Shown here one piece after another: positions 27,680 to 39,874 of a DNA stretch of 64,000 nt. The stretch's first letter is position 1. The number at the start of each line of letters is the position of its first letter. The notes under the pieces are model-generated. The model had not been told where the DNA came from. It did not search any database and worked only from the letters and a program-made list of their open reading frames with translations. The translations under genes and the position numbers were made by a program. This DNA is from Eledone cirrhosa (lineage: Eukaryota): the NCBI GenBank assembly GCA_964016885.1, contig OZ024742.1, forward strand, positions 109,182,001 to 109,246,000, in the 5' to 3' direction.

Positions 27680-28930
27680 TAATAAGAGAAGTTGAAGATT
27701 TTTTATCAAATCTTCGGAAAGAGCATTTGTGGTTATTCCAGCGACTTTTAAATTCTGTAGAAGTTGCACCGACATAGTTAAATATATTATCACTGGTTTT
27801 AACTGTACATTTATAGACCACGTTTTTATCTAAACACTTATTTTGTAAAGGACAGTTTGATTTAATTCTACAGTTACATTTTGCAGAGTTGTTGTTGTTC
27901 GGAACGGTACTATTATGTTGGATATTGCTAGAGATATTACTGCTATTTTGGTTATTTTGGTTAGGGTTTAAATTTCTATTATTAATTCTATTTATATTTT
28001 GTGCTATGTTCATAGTAGTAGAGTAGGATATTTTTATAGTTTGTCTGTTAAAGATTGAGTGGTATCTGTGGGAAAACATTTATCTAGTGCTTTAAAGAAT
28101 AGCTTTGCTAAAGGTGTTTTTACGCTTAATGAGAATGGGGGTGAGTACCAAATAATATTTCTAGTTCTAGTTCTTCTGTTAGTTTTAGAGTTTAAGTTAA
28201 ATTTTTTATTATAATTACAATTAATAGTAGGGTTATTTGCCTTATTACTGTTGTCGATGTATTTAATCTTATTTATATAGCCTGCTCTATTTAAAGCTTC
28301 ATTATAATATTCTGCCTTATCGTTAACAATGTTTTTATTAGCGGAGATGCGTGAAATACGTTGTTGGACAGAATTGACAATAGTGTTCTTGATAGATCTA
28401 GGATGATTAGAGTTAAAACTTACATAGTTTAGATTCTCATTAATTTTATGGAATGGATAGTAGAGCCCTGTGTTAAGGTTTAATGTTACGTCTAAAAAGT
28501 TAACAATTTTATAGTTATTCTCTATTTCTAACTTAAGGTTGTAGCTATTGAAGAATTGTATTATGGATTTTCTTTTCCTATTAATTTCACAATTACTATG
28601 ATTTTCAGTTAAAAGCAGCATATCATCACGATATAAACCACCGGTCATCTCTGGTATTCTTCTATGCACTGTATTATTAATAAATAGCCCCACAAGATCC
28701 GTTATTTGCGCCGAGTCAGATGATCCCATGGTGATATAAAAATTATTTTTTCTATCGGCTCCAGTCCAGAGATGTTGAATTCAATTAAAGTTTTCCGTGC
28801 AGTTAAAATGATATGCATTTCTTCGCTAGATAAATCTGTATGTTTAGATGCATAGATAAGAGCTTTATTAAGTAAACTAGGAGTAATAGAGAATTAGTAG
28901 TTTGCAATATCCAAGACGCAATGTTTAGAC
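27680..28930 (-). mobile_element. Naiad-type PLE family 2, internal fragment (RT, thumb, Zn linker, GIY-YIG start)
   Basis: MGSSDSA, GLYRDD, VNFLDVTLNL, IIWYSPPFS, CNCRIKSNCPLQNKC and VVYK..YVG in ORFs 28034-28729 and 27495-28079. Confidence 0.9.
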
Positions 28931-28954
28931 AAATCACAGAGGCAATAAACATAA

Positions 28955-29480
28955 ATGAACTCCAACCAAAATTAAATAGAAAACATGAATGGAACAGCAA
29001 CATCACAACTTACAATTAAGGACAAAATGAAAACACACACGCACATAGAACAAACAACCAACCAGTAACATGTAAATAAACAAATAAATAAACAAATATA
29101 AACACACACAGGCACCCGGATGTAACACATGCGCAAACTAAGCAAACAACACACACACAAAAACAAGATGGCGTAGGACAGAACAAAGGAGATGCACAAT
29201 AACAAAGAAAAGAATCCCCAGTCACTGAAGAGGTCACAGAATGTGTGACGAAAGAACTTTGACAATATATAAACAATCATCTGGTTATGAAACCAACCAA
29301 CCAACCAACCGGAAATTTATAAATTCCTAAATTTATAAATTTAATTTATAATAAATTGAAGTGAAAGAAACTGGTGCGTGTGTTTCTTATTGGCAACATG
29401 ACCCTCCCAAAGTATAACAATATCGGTTTCAACACACTTTTTCAGATAAAGAATCTTGCTAAACAAATTCAGAAACGAAA
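28955..29480 (+). mobile_element. PLE-like terminal repeat with HHR at 29221-29263; paralog at 38255-38681
   Basis: gtca-CTGAAGA-g-gtcaca-gaatg-tgtgac-GAAAG-aa-CTT^tgac; collinear with 38255-38681. Confidence 0.8.
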
Positions 29481-29660
29481 TATATATATATATGAGGGAC
29501 TAAACTCTGTGAGTGAACATCCTTAATTTTCTCCCTCACGAGATCAGTGACGAGATCAGTGATAATCGATCATGTCTACAAGATCGATCTATCTCTTATT
29601 GAAACATGTGTCGTGATTAAAATGATTGGAAATTTATACCATGCCTTCGGATCTTTATTT

Positions 29661-29735
<75 letters not shown>

Positions 29736-29740
29736 AAGAA

Positions 29741-29773
<33 letters not shown>

Positions 29774-29818
29774 AAAAGAAAGAAAGATACACGCACACAC
29801 GTTACACATGTACATATG

Positions 29819-29854
<36 letters not shown>

Positions 29855-29866
29855 ATATATATATAT

Positions 29867-32800
29867 CTAAGGCGGGTAAAATTCCCGAGATCCATGGACG
29901 AGTTCTCTCCAGCGGTCTCTGTCCCTCATTATCGCTGCCATGTCCTGCATCTCCAACAGACCAGTGTCTGTCCTTAGGGCATCAACAATCGTTAACCTTG
30001 GTCTTCCTCTTCTAGTGTGTCCATGTAGGGGCTCCCAAAGGAGCACTGAGTGCAATGTCAACTCTGGATGACGGTGAGCATGTCCAGCCAAACTCAGTCT
30101 CCTCTGTGTCACTTTTGAGCTGACTCTTGGGATGCTCCCATACAGCTCTGAGTTTTTCATCCTCAGTGTATACTGATTAATGTTCAGAGCCATCCTCAGC
30201 ATTCTCGTGTAGCACCCATCCACCATCTGAGTGAGTTTCTTGGTCAGTGTCCAAGTCTCAGACCCATACAGCAGCACAGACTCCACTACAGCAATGAAGA
30301 GGCGGATTTTCAGGTCTCTACGAAGGTCCGACTTTCACACCGATCTCAAGCTGTGACACGCCGCCCAGGCCTTGCTCTTCCTCTCAACCACATCATCTTC
30401 CGTATTCCCAATCTTTGCTCCCAAATACAGGAAGTCCTCAACCAATTCCAGCGGCTTCCCGCCTACATTAGTGATCCCCTCTGGCTTCTCAACATTCTCT
30501 ACCAGATATTTTGGTTTAGTCTCATTCATTCTCAGCCCCACACTCATCGACACAGTCTCAACCTCCCGCATCAAATCCTCTGCCTCCTTCACTGTATTTG
30601 TCACCAAAACTATGTCGTCGGCAAATTCAGCATCCGATACCTTTTTCGCCCCAACTCTCCTGCTCTGAGCCGGTGCTACAGTAAAGCCAGAGTCCTGGTG
30701 TTTCTCCAGTGCAAGGCGCATACAATAGTCCACTACGATGACAAAAAGATAGGGAGCCAATGTATCTCCCTGGAGCACTCCAGCCAGTATCTCAAAGAAC
30801 TCTGTCATCCCATCAGGTGTAATGACTTGGGCTTTGGTGTTGGTGTAGAGCAGTGATATCAGGTCCACTATCCTCTTGGGGATTCCATAAGCCTGTAAGA
30901 TCTTCATCAGGCAGTAACGGTCCACAGAATCAAAGGCCTTCCTAAAGTCAATGAAAACCATGACCGCAGGAAGGCACTTTGCTCTAGCTCCCTCTAATAT
31001 CCTCCTCAGCATCAGGATGTGACTGGTGGTTGATCTACCCTCTCTGAAGCCGTTCTGGTTGTTCCTGAGCTTCTTCTCCATCTCAGGCTGGATCCTGTTA
31101 AGAATCATCCTGTTGAGGGTCTTTGCCACAAGTGACGTCAGTGAGATCCCCCGGTAGTTGTTGGTGTTAGAGAGATCTCCCTTCTTTGGCACTGGGACGA
31201 TGTTACTGATCCTCCACTGGGGCAACTCCTTTCTCCAATACCACGTTACAGAACCCCAGGATGATATCATCAAAATCACACCTCTTCATCACCTCTGATG
31301 CCACTCCATCTCCTCCATGAGCCTTGCCCTCCTTGATCCTCTTCTTGGCTCTCTGAAGCTCCTCTCTGGTGAAGGGCTCTGTCTCAACATCCAGTTCCTC
31401 AAACAGCCGCCTGATCTCCCCAGTGCTCTGGGCGGTGGAGGGTGGCTCTCCTAGTAGGGTCCTAAAATGGTCTAGCCATTTCCTTTTCATATCCTCGGGC
31501 CCCGTTCCCTGGATCTGACTCGAACACCTTCTCTTTCTCCCTGCGATCTCGTTGATGATCATCCAGCTCTCCTTACATCCAGATCTGTCCACCACTCTCT
31601 CCACACTTCTGATCTTCTCTATCAGTGCCTCCTCTCTGACCTCAGTGTAAGCGGTACAGAGCTCTTCCCTCATCACCTCCACAGTCTCCATCCTCTCCTC
31701 CGTAGGATCAGCATAGAATTGGTCCCTGGCAGCTTTCAGGTGTTCTCTGGCTGCACACACTTTTGGGTTTGCAGAGCTGACGTGCTTCCCTTTATTCTTT
31801 TTCCTCGGCACCAGGGTTTCACTTGCTTCCGCCACTGCATTGGTGAAGTGCCCGTACCCCCTCGTCACACTCTCCTCAGTCCATCCAATCTCTCTCTCCT
31901 CTGACTCTCCACACAGAGCACTAAACCTGTTTCTCACTTCCACTGTGAACCTCTCCTGTAGCTTATCATCTTCCTTGAAAGCTCCCCAGTCATAGATTGT
32001 TCTCCGGGGCTGAGCCTTGCTCTTTCTTAAGCTCACGTGGACCTCACTCATAACAAGCCGGTGGTCACTACCCAGTGTACTGAAATAGCTGTATGGTTCC
32101 GTGTTCAGAACACTATTCCGCCACTTTTTCCTCACCAGAATGAAATCAATCTGGGACTTGGACAGGTGCATATCTGAGATGTAGGTCCACATCTTCCCCA
32201 GATTCTTCCTAAACCCTAGGTTGGTCGCCATCAAGTTCGCCTCCAGCAGGGTGTCTCTCAGTAGTCTTCCATTTCGGTTGGTGTTGTTATGGAAGTACCA
32301 GCAAGGATCTTCACTGCCCTCCTTACTCAGGTGTGCATTGAAGTCCCCCAAAACAAGCAGGATATTGTGTGCCTGAGTGGTGTTGACAGCTCTACACACC
32401 TCCTCATGGAACTCTTCCGCATTCACATCGCTGTCCCCCTCGGTTGGACTATAGGCTGAGATGACTGTCAGTCTTGGGTTTCCATTGAAGGTCACCCTCA
32501 ACACTCGCGGGGAGATAGGCATTATTTCCCTCACCAACAGATTGGTTTTTGCACTGAACACAAAACCCACTCCTCCTACTGCAGTATTTGTTGTGTTCTT
32601 CACTGCTGATGTAGTGATGAGCTGGCTCTTCTTCCCAATCATGACACTCCTCACGAGTTCATCGTGTAGAATCCTGTGTTCTTGGATCGCAAGTATCTGT
32701 ATACCACTCTCCTCGAACAGATGTCCCAACTCCTCTCTCTTCTCCAGCGTCCGAATAGTCCTCACATTCAAAGTGCCCATTTTGATGGCTCTTCTGCAGG

Positions 32801-32978
32801 ACAAAACTGCATTCTTTATATTTGTCTCAGAGACAGCTGATCCATCATCCACTGGCCCTCTCTGTGGCTCTAAGCCAGCAGAGTCATAACGACCAGGCTG
32901 CTCATTGACAGTGTAATTAGGGGCTCTAACCCTAGTGCTATCAAATATATCCCTTCCCAGACGGACGTCTCGTTTCAT
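29867..32978 (-). pseudogene. Single APE-RT ORF of the RTE element, broken by about two frameshifts
   Basis: ORF pieces 31203-32978, 30335-31279 and 29867-30286 join across frameshifts near 31220 and 30340. Confidence 0.88.
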
Positions 32979-33524
32979 TATAAGATTTCTACAAGTTGGG
33001 TGAAATTATACCAATTTATGTAGAAGCTTGTATAAAATCAACAGATACTTATTCAAGTGGGCTCTTATAATTCTTCAGTGGGTGCCCAATAATATTAATA
33101 TTGATAATCAAATCAAATCAATATCTAGCGATAATCACCATCAGTGCTTGAGGTTGTTAGCCCAGCAGTTCTAAAGAAAATCTCACACTATCTCAAAAAG
33201 GAGGAAGGAGATTGCCGCCAAAAAACAATACATGCGCAGGGCAATGAATTCTGAAAAGAATTCAAGCCACGTGCTAGAACTCAATTAGATTTGAAAAAAT
33301 AACCATATGTGTACATCGCTTGATGACACAGATATTTTCTCGGGCAAAATAACAGAATGAGATACAAGAAACAATCAATATTCATATAAAAAAATAAACA
33401 AAGAGAGTCATACCTTATATCGGGAAAGTTCATATCCGTTGCACCAAGAGTAAATATATAAATACATTATCGGAGAAAGCTAATAGCGATACTCCGACCA
33501 AATCCCAACTCTCTCAACAAACAT
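29867..33524 (-). mobile_element. Near full-length RTE-clade LINE flanked by (TA)n on both sides
   Basis: APE motifs GTLNVRT, IQEHR, AYSPT, GDFNAH, QIDFIL and SDH; RT motifs YRGISL, QNGFR, FIDFRKAFDSV, GVLQGDTLAP and FADD; ~545-nt 5' leader. Confidence 0.93.
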
Positions 33525-34653
33525 TATATATATATATATATTATAAATAGTCAGGATCCCGACAGCTGAGCTGAGTTATACTGGTAATACACACACACAC
33601 GCGGTCTCTCTCTCTCTCTCTCTCTCTCTCACTCACTCACTCTCTGACACAGACACACATATATATATTTTTGACCATCCTCTTTTTAATTTCACGAGTA
33701 GGCTGATCGAACAACTGGAACTCTGATCGTCCAAACCAGCGGAGATGCATTCGATGTCCAATTGTGTGTGTATGTGTGCGCGCGCGCGCGCGTGTGTGTG
33801 TGGGGGGGGTATGTGTATGTATGTGTGTGTATGTGTTAGTGTGTGTGTTAATCCGATATTTGTGGTAGTCTGTCAGTCAATCACGTTTGTACTTGTGTGC
33901 AATGGACAACACGGTAAGAGAGAAGAAAGATGTTGGCAGCCAATCCTTTTTTACCCCATTTTTTTTTCTTCCCGGATTGTTTTGTGTTTTTGCAAAGTTG
34001 TTACAGATTTATTAATTATTAATTAATTATTAATTATTAGGTAGTTTGTTAAGATATTAATTCATCTTGACAAAGTCCTAAGTCTAATATTCTTATAAAG
34101 GGGAAATGAAAAATATGTAATGTATAGCTGAACCTAGTATATAGGTTTAGTTGATTTCCGACGAGGTTCTTTCTCATAGGTTTCTTGGATGTTTTAATGA
34201 TAGAGGCTGTTGTCTTATCATGAAAAGCAATAGACAGTTAAGTATTTTGCTCAAGAATACAACGCACAGTCCTTTGTATGAGTAGTTCTGTCTCGGTTTA
34301 AAGTAAATGGATCTCCGTCGATTTCGATGATGAGTGTTCCAGTTGTTCGCTCAACAGACTACTCGTGAAATGAATGTGCAAATGGCGGAGTATATCACAG
34401 ACACGATTCAGTCTGACACAGAATATCACAAGTTTGGTCCTTTAAATTAAGGTAGAGTCCATTTGATACTTACCCAAAACGACTCGCATGTGAGTATTAA
34501 GTGAATTTCTTAACAATAATTTGGTTCTAAAACAAAACAACCAAAGAACAAAACAGAATAGAAAGCAAAAGTAGTTTCATTTTTTTTTTTTTCGATGTTT
34601 TCTGCATATTTTCTAAAAGGCAACATTTGACCTCCAACTAATCTATTTTCCAT

Positions 34654-34722
<69 letters not shown>

Positions 34723-34873
34723 ATTGTTACCCACACACATTCCCCTATCACCCCCATACCACCACCACCACACAACAACAACAACAACCACCATTCAGAT
34801 GAAACATTCTTTAACAACATGATTGCTCATATTTCAATAAAATACTTCAATAAAAAAGTATATATATGTGTGT

Positions 34874-34969
<96 letters not shown>

Positions 34970-34995
34970 TGTGTGTATGTGTTTGTGTGCATCTG

Positions 34996-35028
<33 letters not shown>

Positions 35029-35171
35029 TTAATATAGAAATAATTTCTACAGGACTAGAACTGTTTCATTCGGGAGAAATTATCAGGAAAGCCTGCTATG
35101 TATTGAGTACCTTACCTACTGTGGTTACCCCCGATATTGAACCCAGGATAAACATATATATATGTGTGTGT

Positions 35172-35202
<31 letters not shown>

Positions 35203-35271
35203 ATCAAGGTTTAGCAAATAAGAAAAAGTTTTAAAATAAATTTTTAAAAGTTCACTGCAGCTGCTGTAATT

Positions 35272-35355
35272 ACCCTTACCGTACGGTTTCAAGTCTCAAA
35301 ATAAATGGATAATCCATGCGGAAATCCATTGAGAAGAAGACTTTCGTCAGAGGGT
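35272..35355 (-). ncRNA. Type I hammerhead ribozyme, copy 1
   Basis: accct-CTGACGA-aagtct...agactt-GAAAC-cgtacg-GTA^agggt on the minus strand. Confidence 0.88.
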
Positions 35356-35755
35356 TCTTCTCGCTCGGAGAATATAACATTCTCGAGTTCAAATCACGAA
35401 CTGGCGCCATACAGAACTGTTCCCGAGATGAGAGTGTATGATGAAGAAACAATTTTGTCTAGTGCCGTGTGTAAAGATAGAAGGCAGGGGCGGAAAGGTC
35501 AATGTACTGCCACTAGAAATAGCAGCAGTTAAAACGACCAAAATGTTATCTCAACCAGAGGAGATTAATAATAATAAAGTATGTCTCCCTACATGCAAAA
35601 TACATATAGGGACACATGTATTATACAACCGTATGCCAATGTGGTTATATGGCAGGTTAATAAATTAACGAGCCAGAACATATATAATCAAGGTTTAGCA
35701 AATAAGAAAAAGTTTTAAAATAAATTTTAAAAAGTTCACTGTACCTGCTGTAATT

Positions 35756-35839
35756 ACCCTTACCGTACGGTTTCAAGTCTCAAAATAAATGGATAATCCA
35801 TGCGGAAATTCATTGAGAAGAAGACTTTCGTCAGAGGGT
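35756..35839 (-). ncRNA. Type I hammerhead ribozyme, copy 2
   Basis: Same motif 484 bp from copy 1. Confidence 0.88.
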
Positions 35840-36090
35840 TCTTCTCGCTCGGAGAATATAAAATTCCCGAGTTCAAATCACGAACTGGCGCCATACAGAA
35901 CTGTTCCCGAGATGAGAGTGTATGATGAAGAAACAATTTTGTCTAGTGCCGCGTGTAAAGATAGAAGGCTGGGGCGGAGAGGTCAATGTAAAATTATTTC
36001 TTCATCATACACTCTCATCTCGGGAACAGTTCTGTATGGCGCCAGTTCGTTATTTGAACTCGGGAATTTTATATTCTCCGAGCGAGAAGA

Positions 36091-36174
36091 ACCCTCTGAC
36101 GAAAGTCTTCTTCTCAATGAATTTCCGCATGGATTATCCATTTATTTTGAGACTTGAAACCGTACGGTAAGGGT
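36091..36174 (+). ncRNA. Type I hammerhead ribozyme, copy 3 (inverted arm)
   Basis: accct-CTGACGA-aagtct-(~40 nt)-agactt-GAAAC-cgtacg-GTA^agggt; stem III palindrome ACCGTACGGT. Confidence 0.88.
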
Positions 36175-36497
36175 AATTACAGCAGCTGCAGTGAACTTTT
36201 TAAAATTTATTTTAAAACTTTTTCTTATTTGCTAAACCTTGATTATATATGTTCTGGCTCGTTAATTTATTAACCTGCCATAGAACCACATTGGCATACG
36301 GTTGGATAATACATGTGTCCCTATATGCATTTTGCATGTAGGGAGACATACTTTATATATATACATACATATATATATATATACACAGAAACAAGCATAC
36401 ACATGAATACACACCACCCAAATATATATATATATATTTATATTTATATGTGTGTGTGTGTGTCTGTCTCTGAGAGTATAAATATATATATGTTTAT

Positions 36498-37178
36498 AAT
36501 AAGAAAATGTGAAGTAGTTGCAGATGTTAAAGTCCTTTATTGATAATGCTGTGATACATATTTCAATGACGACAGTGGCCACACGCTTCGGTGTACCCAG
36601 TGCTATGACATCATCAGACAGCTTGTTACATAATAAGGTTACGTTCCCGAGGCAATCCAAATTGAAACGACAAGGGAACAGACAAAGAGTGTGCTCTTGA
36701 ATCCTTCGCCCGTTCCCTCTGTGAGCCCCAATTCACCTCCACAGCTTTGCGCAGGCGCAAATATAAAGGAAGTTGACCATCTAACTACTACACCAAAACT
36801 CAACGAAACTTGCCTAGGCAAGTCCCCACCCCCACCCAAACCAAATAGTCACCCCCATCCAGGCCGGTAACCTGACACGGTGATAGAGGTCGTGCTTGCC
36901 ACTAAGTTGTGGTCTACAGCTAGTCGCTCTTCCAGTGGCAGCCAACCGAAACCTAGTGGTAGTAGTAGAGTATAAGTTTCAATAGGTTTCGAAACTATCC
37001 CTTGTCGTTACCATTTGGATTGCCTCGGGAACGTAACCTTATTATGTAAGAAGCTGTCTGATGATGTCATGGCACTGGGTACACTGAAACGTGTGGCCAC
37101 TGTCGTCATTGAAATATGTATCACAGCATTATCAATAAAGGACTTTAACATCTGAAACTACTTCGCATTTTCTTATTC
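36498..37178. mobile_element. Fold-back element, ~180-bp arms with a ~320-bp spacer, HHR in each arm (36548-36622 minus; 37053-37127 plus)
   Basis: 36498-36677 is the reverse complement of 36998-37178; gctgt-CTGATGA-(46-nt hairpin)-GAAA-tatgt-ATC^acagc. Confidence 0.85.
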
Positions 37179-37895
37179 TAAATATACTCCGTCATTTTTA
37201 TGTGAAAAAAGTACGTTAAGTACTTGAATTGAATTGCATCAATATTTACCGAAAGTATATATGTTTATATATATATATTTCAAAATTTAAGAAAACCAAG
37301 TATAATATTATTATTTATTTATACATCACTACGGACGTTTCAACGCGGCTAGAATATCGCATTCATTTGTAAAGAAAACTGGATATTACCAGTTAGTTAT
37401 TTACTCCATTATGGGTGTTCTATTCAAACCGTATCTTTCAGAAAATATATATACTAAAATATTTCAATAAATATTTCAATATCAAAAATAATAAAGGATT
37501 CAAAGCAAGGTGCATTCAAAACATGGAGTTTTAAACTTTAAATTCTCAAATGTATAGCATAAGCTTGCGTATGTTTTCAGACATACAAAGCTCCAGATTT
37601 ATCAGCGTTCTTTCATTTTCTTTTTTAGAAGCATATTAAAATATGCTAAAGTTATTCATTGGTTATAGCAGAGGTTGTTAAAAGAAGTTTCTTTTAAGAT
37701 ATAGGGCACTACGTTCAGTTGTTTATCATAGAAGGATTTGAAAATATTTAGAAGATTTTTGTTTGTCAAATTTCTCATATAAGTGCAAAAGAAGATTAAA
37801 CGAATGCAGCGAAGAATATTTTCAAACATATATATTCTTCAAAGCAGATGTAAACAGTTACCTATACTTTTTATAATTAGGTTCTAGACTAAAAG

Positions 37896-37958
<63 letters not shown>

Positions 37959-38073
37959 CTTATATTGGAAGAAGCCAGTAAGGAAACTCGACGTAAAATA
38001 ATAGAAATACGTTATAAGCTGATTACACACACACATATATATATATCATATATATATATATATATATATATAA

Positions 38074-38206
<133 letters not shown>

Positions 38207-38254
38207 AATATGTGTTGGTTGCTTACCGACACTTCAGTATGCAGGTTGGAGCAC

Positions 38255-38681
38255 TCCAACCAAAATTAAATAGTAAATATGAGTGGAATAGCAACATCAC
38301 AACTAGTAATTAAAGTCAAAATGAAGACATACAGACACACACAAAAACCAAACTAACAAAACAAATCAGACACACACAGATAGAACAAACAACCAACCAG
38401 TGACAAGTAAACACATAAATAAGTAAATAAACACACACACACACACCCGGATGTAACGCATGCACAAACTAAGCAAACAACACACAAAAACCAAATGGTG
38501 TAGGACAGAACAAAGGTGAGACACAAAATAAAAAATAAAAATAAAATCTTAGTCACTGAGGAGATCACAGAATATGTGACGAAAGATATTTATCTAACCA
38601 ACCTGAAATTTATAATAAATTGAAGTGAATATCAACAGTGCGTTTGTTTTTATTGGCAGCATGACCTTGCCAAAGTATAAC
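38255..38681 (+). mobile_element. PLE-like terminal repeat, paralog of 28955-29420, with degenerate HHR at 38552-38590
   Basis: gtca-CTGAGGA-gatcacagaatatgtgac-GAAAG; ends with atgaccttgccaaagtataac followed by (TA)n. Confidence 0.75.
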
Positions 38682-38738
<57 letters not shown>

Positions 38739-38786
38739 TTATAATGGGGGATTTTGATCGATACGATGCTAACAATATAGCAGCTA

Positions 38787-38836
<50 letters not shown>

Positions 38837-38842
<6 letters not shown>

Positions 38843-39245
38843 ATGTATATATAATGTATTTTGCAATACACTTTATGCTTAATTAAAAGCATTTTGAAGA
38901 CCGTAAGCTATTGTTTTAAAGTAGTGACAAATTCACTCACTTTGATCTCAGCAAACAGGGGAGATAAGCCGACCAACAACCGCTCTGTATAATCAGTTCC
39001 TGATTATTTACTAGAATTCTATAAGAATATAACATCAGTGATCTCGGCAGACAGGAGGGAGTAGTTAGCCTTGATAAGCTTCAACAAAAGCGAAACAAGG
39101 CCTTGTCGGCTTATCTCCCCTGTTTGCTGAGATCAAAGTGAGTGAATTTGTCACTACTTTAAAACAATAGCTTACGGTCTTCAAAATACTTTTAATTAAG
39201 CATAAAGTGTATTGCAAAATACATTATATATACATCCATATATAT
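38837..39245. mobile_element. Fold-back element, ~135-bp near-perfect arms with a ~130-bp spacer
   Basis: 38837-38973 is the reverse complement of 39105-39241; TA-rich flanks. Confidence 0.9.
39067..39111 (+). ncRNA. Type I hammerhead ribozyme with U3-A8 variant core
   Basis: agcc-TTGATAA-gctt-caacaa-aagc-GAAAC-aaggcctt-GTC^ggct; all three stems pair; stem III palindrome ACAAGGCCTTGT. Confidence 0.8.
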
Positions 39246-39271
39246 ATTGCTATTTCAGAGCTCCAATTCTA

Positions 39272-39376
<105 letters not shown>

Positions 39377-39379
39377 ATA

Positions 39380-39660
39380 CGGACTGGCTGAGTGTTACAT
39401 GTCCAAGTTAGATTCTAGGTGGAGGGCTTTTTCTACATATTCAATTTCAGTTAAGCGTCTCGTCTTCTTCTTGCCACCCTCTTTTAACCAGGAAGGGCAG
39501 GCAGTTTTTATCTGCCCGTTGACCATGGTAAAAGAGGTGGTATGGTGGGCGCGTCTGAAAGGGTTGAAGACGGGCACTTTCCTCTTCGGCGATGCTCTCA
39601 TTAACTTTTTCAGGTTTTACCTGAAAAGGAAAATTAGGGTGGAGAGGGATTGTTTACGAA
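39380..39660 (+). mobile_element. Tx1-like ORF2 C-terminal fragment
   Basis: PPSFNQEGQAVF..KEVVWWARLKGLKTGTF..FFRFYLKRKIRVER, homologous to 14890-15070. Confidence 0.75.
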
Positions 39661-39841
39661 CCATAAATTAGCTCTGTTTATATAGATAGATATGTTCGTC
39701 TTGCTGATATTTTCGCTACTCATACAGACACATACACTTCTATGCATACATACGAAAAGTAAACGAATAAAACTACGGCAAAACGATACACTACAATGAA
39801 TATATATGCTAGTTTAACGCTTGATACAGTAGGAACAGAGT

Positions 39842-39874
39842 CTTAACATTTCGGACGTTAGTCTTCATCAGAAG
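39842..39874 (-). ncRNA. Minimal hammerhead motif in a PLE terminal fragment (~39770-39960)
   Basis: ctt-CTGATGA-a-gac-taac-gtc-c-GAAAT-GTT-aag on the minus strand; same family as 6723-6757. Confidence 0.62.

Larger units (their letters stand above)
35201..36353. mobile_element. Non-coding HHR element: partial tandem with 484-bp period (minus strand, 35201-35990) plus an inverted copy (35991-36353)
   Basis: 35201-35506 recurs at 35685-35990; 35991-36353 is the reverse complement of ~35575-35940; (TA)n at both ends. Confidence 0.92.

Noticed and set aside
35305-36170. Repeated ORFs MDNPCGN.. and MMKKQFC..
   Set aside because: They are antisense to the ribozyme strand, diverge at the rearrangement junction, and have no motif.
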